A program made the translations under genes and the position numbers. Below the pieces are notes generated by a model, which did not search any database, was not told the origin of the DNA, and saw nothing but the letters and a program-made list of their open reading frames with translations. Below, one piece after another: positions 54,951 to 64,000 of a stretch of 64,000 bases of DNA. The DNA comes from Marsupella aquatica. Its lineage: Eukaryota > Plantae > Marchantiophyta. The stretch lies in the NCBI GenBank assembly GCA_973895155.1, contig OZ316895.1, positions 13,503,186-13,567,185 of the forward strand, given 5' to 3'. Each line of letters opens with the position of its first letter. Positions within the stretch are counted from its first letter, which is position 1.

Positions 54951-56357
54951 GAATATATACTGGAAACTAAAGCCCGGATGTACCCTCCACTTTGTCTATG
55001 AAGCCTAGATGTACTTGCAAAGCTTGGATGGACTTGCTCAAAACATTTAAATTAACTCAGATAACATTGTTTACACTTTTGACTGAAATGTGACCTGTAA
55101 ATGTCTCCTTATCATTTGCAGCCAAAATTCATTACTGTATCAAACTTGTTTGCTTAGTAACTTAACGTCTTGACTACCTTGAACCTGCAATACGTCAAGA
55201 CCGTCATGTCATTACTCAGGATCACCATGACATCTTTATTACTTTCTCCCCAAGGTAATCAAAGTTGTTAACTGTGATCCGCAAGTTTTTATTTTTGGTG
55301 TAAAAATAACAATTGTTTTAAGCAGTCCATTGGGATGGGCAGGGACAATGTCTCTGTCCATCCTGGCTTTTGTTTCTATATACTAAAACAATGCTTCTTA
55401 TTGTGGTTTCCACCTGGTTTGAATGGGACAATTTGACAAACCAAAATATATATTGTAGATATAATTCTGGTTTGGCAAAGACATAAAACTTATCTTTTTG
55501 AGGAAAACAGTGGACTGGAAAGATATGCATGCATGCAGTGTACGGGGAGTGCATCACATTCCAGGCACGACAGCCTGAAAACTTCATATGAGGCCCACAA
55601 ACAGTGTTATCTTTTGCCAATTGGTTGCACACACGTGGTCTGGCTAGGTATAAATATAACACCAGGAGAAACAACTCAGAACAAACTTTAGTTGGTAAAA
55701 GTTTTGATGGCGATCCACCAGAGTCTGGAAGTAAATCAAATTAATGATATCAGATCCCCCCATTCTGGATGAAAGTCTGTTTACAAAATGTCATATGGGC
55801 AGGAATAAATCATGTTTGCTGGCTGAAACAAAATGAAAACTCCAATACTATTTGATCGGCCAGAAAGACCTCTCCATGCAATCCCCCCCTATGCACGCCT
55901 TGGCCTCCCCCTCTGCACCTCACTAATCATGCAACGCAAAAGAATCCGGCTAATATAAATAGGCAGCCTTTTGGCAAGGCCAGTATGAATATAAGAAACT
56001 AGAGCCCGGAGCATCTATGAAGCCCAGATAGACTGGCAAAGCTTGGATGGACTTGCTCAGAAAATTTAAACCGACTCAAATAACACTGTTTACATTTTTG
56101 ATTGAAATGTGACCTGTAAACAATCTCCTTACTATTTGCAGTTATTTCAATTACATTACCCACCCCATATTCAACCCCGTATTCAGACTACTTCACTACC
56201 TTGAACCTCAAAGACTTCATTACCCAGTATCACCATGAGATCTTGATTACTTTCTCCCCAATGTAGTCAACTTCATCAATTGCAACCTGCAACCAGTTCA
56301 TGGGCAAGGGACAATGTTTGGGTCCATCCGTGCTTTTGTTTCATAAATATAAATACA
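54951..56357. repeat. Diverged direct duplication of ~400 bp at ~1.0 kb spacing
   Basis: 54951-55390 and 55988-56357 share CTATGAAGCC.AGAT, GCAAAGCTTGGATGGACTTGCTCA, TGAAATGTGACCTGTAAA, ACTACCTTGAACCT, ATCACCATGA, TTACTTTCTCCCCAA and GGGACAATGT..GTCCATCC. Confidence 0.8.
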
Positions 56358-56520
56358 GCCTTTTTGCAAATGAGAATCGCAACCCAAGTTATACCACGGC
56401 GGGAAAGGCCAATCGCCCACCGCGAAACTGAGAAAGTTTGTAGCGACAGTTTACCGTTGCGGTTTGGAGGGGCAAGATGAGAGATTGTGGACAGCGGCGG
56501 CATCATGGCGGTTTACTCGC

Positions 56521-56718
56521 GTCCCTATAACTGGAGACGCGGGCAGCCCTTCGCCTTCTACAACCCATCGGGCAGTTTGCATCGCGTATTATTCTTGGAG
56601 TCTCTGTTGTTACAGGACTCGCGGACTCGCGGGCAGCCCCACCGATATGATTTTATTCGGTCCCTGTTTCTGGAGCCGCGGGCAGCCCTTCGCCTTCCAG
56701 AACCTATCGGGCAGTTTG
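56521..56718. repeat. GC-rich direct repeats upstream of the recombinase gene
   Basis: CTGGAG.CGCGGGCAGCCCTTCGCCTTC...AACC.ATCGGGCAGTTTG at 56531 and 56670, with a partial CGCGGGCAGCCC at ~56628. Confidence 0.8.
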
Positions 56719-56970
56719 GCGGTTTAGCGGTTGAGAAGCGAGGGCTAAACCCATGGCGAAGGCGAAATTGCGATAATTTTACTCTTTTTGTAATTTTGCT
56801 CTTGTTCGAGTCCAAAATAATCCTAAAATAGTGCCTAAACTAGGATAACCCTCCAAGAGTAGCTAGGGGGCCAAATTCTCATAACCCCCAGGGCAGACTA
56901 GCTCGGGAGTTATGGCTCACAGATAAAAAAATATGAAGAAAACACTACAGCAGGAGATTATGTATACGGT

Positions 56971-57104
56971 TAAGGACCCGGGGTCTCCCTTAATGAGATA
57001 TAAAGGCAACCGTATATACGGGCGACCTGCATATGCGGGGAGACCGTACCTACGGTATCTATGGGAGACTTTTTATCCCATTAAGGGAAGACACCAGGTT
57101 CTTA
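56971..57104. repeat. Branched palindrome: ~35-bp imperfect stem enclosing three short hairpins
   Basis: TAAGGACCCGGGGTCTCCCTTAATGAGATATAAAG pairs with CTTTTTATCCCATTAAGGGAAGACACCAGGTTCTTA. The loop holds CCGTATATACGG, CCTGCATATGCGGG and ACCGTACCTACGGT. Confidence 0.8.
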
Positions 57105-57644
57105 GTTGTTCGTTAAGGTCATTAAACACTGATAAAACTCATTTTAGTATGCGCGCCTTCCTTGCATGCACATCCAGTCCGTCTGTTTTTGAATTTAGGG
57201 TGACCATGTTGAATCTACGGCCCACATTAGCCGTGGATTAGGGCTCCGGAAGGCAGTATACCGTGGAGGGAGTACCTAGTTCCGCTCATTGAGCATTCGT
57301 CTCGCTCTCATCCGGCTGTCTTGTTGTGCCGCAGTGCCGCTGCTCCCCCGTCTTCGATACGCTCATCGATGCTTGCTCGTCGTTTCGTGTTCGCTGCTGC
57401 TCGCCGTCTCGTGTTCGCTGCTGCTGCGCTGCTCGCCATCTCGTGTTCGCTGCATTGCTTTTCGACATCCCGCTAGTCGCTGTTGCTGCACTGCTTTTGA
57501 CATCCTGCTGCTTGCTATTGCGCTCTGTCCAGCTTTCATTACTCGCCGTCTTGCCACTTGCATTGTTCATCACGTCCCGCTATTTGCATTCTTCCCGCCA
57601 TACTGCTACTCGCTCAGACATTTGGTGTTTTAGCTTTCTGGTCG

Positions 57645-57783
57645 CTGCTCAGTCTTTGCTTTCGCTGATATAGCGGTGCTGTATTAGATCTTGCGTTGCC
57701 ATTGCTCCACAATATCTGCTCAGTCTTTGCTTTTGCTGATATAGCGGTGTTGTATTAGATCTTGCGTTGCCATTGCTCCACAA
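57645..57783. repeat. Tandem duplication, 2 x 71 bp, in the presumed 5' leader of the recombinase gene
   Basis: CTGCTCAGTCTTTGCTTT.GCTGATATAGCGGTG.TGTATTAGATCTTGCGTTGCCATTGCTCCACAA occurs twice, followed by a CAG|GTGAGT donor at 57790. Confidence 0.85.
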
Positions 57784-58329
57784 CATCAGGTGAGTATTCT
57801 ATCCTTTAATGTTGGTAATGTTGCCTTGGTTCTCAACTTCTGCTTCATTTGATGTCTTTGGCAGGTTTTCCTTTGAAATTCCTTCTCGTTTATGTTTGTT
57901 TCACTTAAACTGACTTTGCATGTCTGGTTATTATGCTACAGTCTGATACCTACCAGCATGAGCCTATGACTTCAAAACTGCATTGCGACCTTGCGAATCT
58001 GACTCCTCTGATAGTTACAGGGTCGCTCATCTTTTTTGGATCAAAGCAACCATCGCCCTCTCTTGGTTGGTGACTTTGTGTTCGTTATTTGTATTCTAAC
58101 TCCTGATCTATGAGTCCGTGGTGTACTTCAATCATTTAGTTATGTCTCACTGCCATCTTATTCGCCTGGTACAATATTCAAATCGTTCTCACCACCTTGC
58201 GTTGTCGCCACCATGCGTTCTCATACAACACCGAATTATCTGTAACTCGTTACATTCAATGGTGCGATTTTATTGTTTCAACGGGATATGTCCTCTCCAT
58301 CGTTCAACATTGGTTTGATTGCTTATGCC

Positions 58330-60724
58330 ATGGCTGCAAGTGCAAGCGACAGTGGCAAAGAGGCCAGTTCAGGTGGGAAGCTGATACTTCAGGAGCCTTC
58401 TTCGTTGTTGCCCAGTAGTTCAAACAGTGCAGACCTGCAGTCGCTAGATCATGCTTTTTCCGACCTGTTTAACAATCCGAATGTCAAAGAGCAGACATGC
58501 ACCTCATAGATGCTCTGCATTTAGACCTTGAATCTACAAAGCTCGAGGAAGGTCCGGTAGTGCCGAGCCAGGTTGTAGTAACTGTTGAAGGAGGACCATC
58601 TTTCGAGTTCCTAGCTGAGGATGAATCTTTTCAGCGTACGCTTGCTGATGGTGGAGTGAATGCATCGGCATCTGTTGACAAGTGGGCTAGGAATCGCTTG
58701 AACAAGTTTTGTGTGTTTAAGAGCCTGATAGAAGTCACTATTTTACTCGAGGACGTCCCACCGCATGATTGTAGTGTCCTGCTAACCAAGTTCTTTGAGC
58801 AAGTAACTAAAAAAGATGGAGCTTTGTACCCAAGTCAGACGCTTATGGGTCTGTACCGTGCATTCCACCAAATCCTACGGCAAAAGCAAGAAGCTCAAAT
58901 CCAGCAGACCGGTAAGGATGAGCCAATTTTTTGTATGAGGACTAGTCCTGTGTTCAAGCAGGTTGGTGTTTCATGTATCTTGGCCATGGAACGCTCTAGA
59001 AGAGGAGGCACAAACCAGCCTCGAAAGAAGGCTGCTGTCATCACTCTCACTGATGAGCACACTATTCTTTCTCACACTTGCACAAGTGTGTCACACCCAA
59101 GGGGCTTGTAGCGTAGAGCTGTCTTTTATTTGCTCTATCAATTTGCCATCCGTGGAGGGTCTGAGTTATACAACTTGGGAAAGAAAGAGTTCAGGTTTGG
59201 TGAAGACGAAGCTCAAAGGTTTGTACAATATGATGAGCGTTTGTCAAAAAATTACAAAGTGTCCTTGGATCGATACCAAGATGAACACTTCCATCCTGCA
59301 GTGACTGAACACGATCAGGATATGGTCAAAACACTTCAGACCCTGTTTGATCACCTTCTTGTGTCAGCCCGTGTGTCAGGTACCTTCCTGTTCTATCAGT
59401 GCATCGACAATTCTAGAACTCATGCTTGGTTTTCAACTTTATGTGTTTCTGCCAAGAAGTTAACCGGGTGCATGAAGGAAATTCATCAAGAATGCGGCCT
59501 CTTGACTGAGAGTATCACCAATAAGTCTGGGCGAACCACTTGTGTGACACGAATGTGTTTGGAGGGCGTTCCTTTGAATGTTGGCATGCAAATCACTGGT
59601 CACAAGAGCCAAGGGGCATATACTCGATATGACAGGTCGATTGAGGCTCAATTTTGTGCTGGTCAACGGTGTGCGAGAGACGGCAGTGTGTGTGAGGACA
59701 CTGTGAGGGAAGAGACCGACCTGTTTAAGAATAAAGTAATTAATGGTAAATTCCTTGTAGCAGAGGATGATGATGAGCTCGCCTACAAAGAAGTCTAAAC
59801 TCAACTCGGATGGCGCATTCATTGGTAAGTTGACTTTGTTTGTATCTTGAAATTTTGAACACTTAAGATTTTTCAGCTATTAACTCTCTTAGTTACTTTT
59901 TTGGTTACAGATCGAAGCAAGTCAAAGGAGACACCAATCGAGGCACCAATCGAGGTGCCAAAGCAGCTAGTTCAAGTTCCAGGCATTCCACCAGTGCCAC
60001 TTCCAGTGGTCTCTACGGATACAGTCGTCGAGAACTCTACAATGAATACGAAGCAGGTTCAAATAATCCTACTCTATGCTTGTTAGATATTGCTCTAGTC
60101 TTGTGACTCATGAGCTAACTACAGTTAGGCTAACTCGGGTTAGGACTTAGCTAATGTTAGCGGTAGTGCTGTTGTGCATATAGCCAGGGCTGATGCCAGA
60201 CCCTGGGTGGAACTTAGGCTCATTGTTACAGAGCTAGTTGAGAGATAGGGAGAGCTTGTGCTGTGGATGCTTGGTATGGCCAGTCGGCCTAGAGTGCAGT
60301 AAAGCTCTTGTGTGTTCCCGTGGACGTAGCCTCATGTAGAGGTGAACCATGTATCTCTCTGTGTCGACTATTGTGCGTTGGATGGTTCATGGGCTTGCCG
60401 TTGCGAATGTCATCTATGCTCAACAATGCTATCCATTTTCCTGATTGGTTTTTGAGTGACAGAATTATATATTAATACTCACATGCAATTGATGTGGAGG
60501 ATTGTGACACTCAGTCAGGAAAGGAAGACTTTGTTGTGTTCAAGGGTGCTAAAGAAGATCCTCTGATGAGAGATATTGATTGGAAGGACTAGGACAACTT
60601 TGGTGTCTGGTGGGACAAAAAGAGCAAAGTGCAAAATATCAATCCACTTTTTGCAGTTCTCGGACATATCGGGTCTCTGAATAACTATACACTCAATATT
60701 AGTATTGGGAATCTGAATAATTGA
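58330..60724 (+). pseudogene. Crypton/DUF3504-like tyrosine recombinase, copy 1 (spliced, disrupted)
   Basis: N-domain LLTKFFEQVTKKDGALYPSQTL..LYRAFHQIL. Catalytic motifs FAIRGGSEL (R), YDERLSKN (K), ITNKSGRTTCVTRM (K-x-x-R), ITGHKS (H) and AYTRYDR (Y). Frameshift ~58497, TAG at 59109, frameshift ~59780. Intron ~59825-59910 (GTAAG..TTACAG); a second intron from ~60057 holds a solo LTR. The last exon ends GSLNNYTLNISIGNLNN* at 60724. Confidence 0.85.
60081..60425 (+). mobile_element. Copia solo LTR (345 bp), related to the LTRs at 27552 and 34160
   Basis: TGTTAG...CTCAACA with TSD ATGCT at 60076-60080 and 60426-60430. It shares TAGTCTTGTGACTCA, TTAGGCTAAC, AGGGAGAGC, TGTGTGTTC..GTGGACGTAGCCT, AGAGGTGAACCA, TGTGTCGACTA and CGTTGCGAATG with the reverse complement of the Copia LTR. 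Confidence 0.92.
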
Positions 60725-61787
60725 GTCTAGATGATAGATTTTGTTCATTGAGACTAGTTAGATCTCACAGTAGGATAGTATATAGGTTAGCCATTGAGCC
60801 TGCATGGCACACTTGGATGACTTAGATTTAAGAAGTTATGAGGCCAACATAGCTTGCGAGGCTCTAGTTAAAGGCAAGTTGCGAGGCTCTGGCTGTTGTG
60901 CTATTGTCCATGATTTTGTTACATATTAAATAAAGTTTTTGTGCCCACAGTGGCAATTCATCATTTATTATAAAAGCTTGCTTCTCTAAAATTTGAATTT
61001 GCATTTTGTTACCACAGTTCCACGTCGTAAAGACAATCACCTCAAAAACTATGTATACCTTGCAGACGGTATGTTTATACGGTTTGTTTTTAATGATATA
61101 TAATCCTAAAAAAAAGTGCTTACATGTCAACATGTGAGTGAACCAAAAACTGAATGAAAGACCAGACGTCCTTAACAATGTTAGAATAACTGGTTTCTCG
61201 GTCTGCAATGGGTGTGATCCATTTTGTTAAGGTCGATTGGTGGTGTTAAGTTCTTTCAGTCCATTCAGTGATTGACACGTTTGCACTTTTTGGGTTGATA
61301 ATATCTCATGATTTTACACCGTATGTTAATATGGTATGTTCATTATCACATACGGTCACATTCTCAATAATGACGCGCCCTCAACAGAACCGATCCAAAT
61401 TGAACACGTTATCAATGGCGCGCCCATAGTGAAGACTGTAAACAATGGTGAATCTCCCACAGTGGAGAGTCTAAACTTTATTTACATGATAAAAAAATTA
61501 CAATGGGATTATCTCATCAAGTAGATCTATCTATTGATAATTCCCGTGTTTGTATAAAAAGAATGCCTGTAAAGAAGGGACGTCTGATCAATTCCCGTGT
61601 CGGTAAGAAAGAATGTTGTGAAATGTCTATGAATGATGAATGTGCATAACGTGAATGTCTAATTCTGCGGATAAATGCCTAACCGCCTTACTAATATGCA
61701 ACGCAAGTGCCTCTTGGGCTACAATCTACAACTAATTACAGTGCTCCTATCAAGTCTGCCTCCGCTGCTCCATGTCAAGTACTTACA

Positions 61788-63657
61788 CTAGCCACCAAAT
61801 TTACCAATGTTAATGGAGATAGTGCAATTGTTGAGTGATTGCACTTGGTGAAGAGTGCTTGAACTGGATTCACAATCACAACCCTACCACCTTGATGCAA
61901 GTTCTGGAAATGATCGTCCCAATCATACTTCTCGCCCAATCATCAGAAAACCAGTCAACCTGACTAGTATCAACATTCAGAATAGGACTTCCATCACTTT
62001 GAGCAGCGTCTTCAACAGCTACCACCTCAATCTCCATGGGCATCAATCCACCAGTCGCCTCTTCAACTTGTGTTGGGCCTAAATTGTGGATTACAGTTGC
62101 AGGAGCCACTGCTTCAACACCCTGAGGACTGACATCTTCAGCTCCATCAAGTCCTGGTCGAGAGTACATGTTGGTCACAATCGACTCATCTGTTACAAGC
62201 ATCAACCGGAAAACATCAGAAATTGTCTCAATTGCAAAGTTGTCAAGCAATAATTGCAGAATGGGACTAAGAACATATTTAACTTCGTCTGCCTTTGGCC
62301 TTTTGTTTGGTGATAAATCATCCTCAAGGCCTTGGATGACCTTCTTCTTGAACCGATCCGTTTCTTCCTGACATTTGCCTTGAAAATCTGAGGACCCGTT
62401 GGTACAATTTTGGGCAGCCCTTACCTTGGAGTCTGTGCTGCGATCATACCAAGCATAAGCACCCTGGCATTTATGCCCAACTTATTAGCATGCCAATAGG
62501 TGCCGGCACTCCTTCAGTAGCCATACGTGTAACACAAGTGGTTCTACCGGACTTATTTGATACGCCTTCCATCAATAGACCACATTCTATGTGAATCTCT
62601 TTCACTATGCCACTTAAGTTTTTGACTGACACGCGTTGTGTTGAATACCAAGCATGCGTACGTGGACTGTCGATGCACTGATAGAACAGAAACAAACCAG
62701 CAATAGGTAAATGAGATATTAGTCTTTCTCATTGTGGAAACCATGTCAGGATCGTAGCTCGTTATAGCTGGGAAGAAATGCTCATCTTGATAGCGTTCAA
62801 GACCAACTTGGTAATTCTTTGAGAGTCTCTCATTGTATCTCACGTAATGCCCATTGTCATCAGTACCCAAAAGAAAGTCGCTCTTAGCAAGCAGATGTAG
62901 CTCAACACCTCCTCGAATGGCAAACCAAAATAACAGAAGGTATACTGCCCAACGTTGAAGGCCTTGGGGATGAACAATGGCTATGCATTCATGAATGAGT
63001 CCATATCGTGGCCTCATCAACTAACAAAATTATAGATGCCTTCTTCCGAGGCATATTCGCACCATTCCTCCTCAATTGTTCCATAGCTAAAACACAAGCA
63101 ACCCCTACGTGCTTGAATAGAGGACTCTCGCGCATGTGGAAGACAGGTTTGTCTTGTCCGCTTTCACTTACTCTGACTTCTTGTCTTTGTCTAATGACTC
63201 TATGGAAAGCGCGATATAATCCCATAAGAGTTTGAGTTGGATAGAGAGTCTCGTCTTTCTTACAAACCTGCTCAAAAAAATTTGTCAGCATCTTGTTGCA
63301 TTCGTGTGCAAGGAGATCCTCAAAGCGAACACTACTGTCCCAGCCTTTAAACTCTCAAAAATGATTCACTCTATTGATTGCCCATTGATCGACAGCTGTG
63401 CTTGGATTTGAACCACCCTCGGCAAGGGACTTCTGGAAATTTGGATCCTCCTCCAAAAACTCAATAGGCGCTTGACCAGGCACAATAATAACGAGAGGTA
63501 CCTTCTTTGGACGCTCATCCACATGCAGGGAATCAAGAGTGGCATTAAGCTGCAGCAGCTCTGCCTCACATTCATCTATGTTGACCGCATTGCTCATCGA
63601 CGAGATGCTAGACTTATCATCCTCCTCTGGGTCTGCAATGCCCTTCAACTTGGACAT
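61788..63657 (-). pseudogene. Crypton/DUF3504-like tyrosine recombinase, copy 2 (diverged paralog, disrupted)
   Basis: MLTNFFEQVCKKDETLYPTQTLMGLYRAFHRVI; WFAIRGGVEL; YNERLSKNY; VSNKSGRTTCVTRM; GHKCQGAYAWYDR (after a frameshift); C-terminal SLNNCTISINIGKFGG* ending at 61788. TGA at 63355-63357, several frameshifts, and a probable intron ~62191-62282. Confidence 0.85.
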
Positions 63658-64000
63658 ACCAATACTAAATGATGCGTGAACCATAATCGATCACGGAAAT
63701 TCAAAGGCGCGCAAAAGGCAAGGCATCAGAATCTCCCCTGACAAATTGATGACAAAAGTGCCAAACGCATGGCGTCGATTGAGTTGACTGAAATCGAGCA
63801 AGTTGAGAGAGAGCAAACCTGCTAACAGAGAGTGCACACAAAGTCACAAACTCAATGCACACACCGACGCCAACAAAAAGTTTGTGAAGTGGATTCAGGT
63901 GGTCCATCTTCCCTGCCTTATAGAAAGCCACGTTGCCTGCAGCCGGGACAGAAATGACCATCACCGTTAGATCAAGACCATGTAGCCGCCTTCCAATCCA

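Noticed and set aside
56943-56952. CACTACAG as a CACTA transposon left end
   Set aside because: No matching right TIR with a 3-bp TSD and no TnpA/TnpD in the window; kept only as an alternative explanation.

Overview
Eukaryotic, intron-containing plant nuclear DNA; protein similarities suggest a non-seed land plant such as a liverwort, hornwort, moss or fern ally, which is an inference. Three host genes lie on the + strand. They are GDP-mannose 3,5-epimerase (9432-12217, 6 coding exons), a conserved plastid-targeted coiled-coil protein (18416-22147, 8 exons) and a KKPPKPPR-type protein with a C-terminal membrane helix (from 48966). The rest is repeats and mobile DNA. A three-level nest spans 24663-34581: a ~1.49 kb element with non-canonical AGT...ACT ends and a 5-bp TSD contains an inverted copy of itself, with its own TSD, plus a full-length decayed Ty1/Copia element. 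At 58330-63657 two diverged, intron-bearing Crypton/DUF3504-like tyrosine recombinase genes lie tail to tail. Both have K in place of H in the HxxR catalytic motif, and a cluster of palindromes lies upstream. The window also holds a decayed retroelement accessory ORF, a Copia solo LTR, an L1 LINE remnant and many local tandem duplications.
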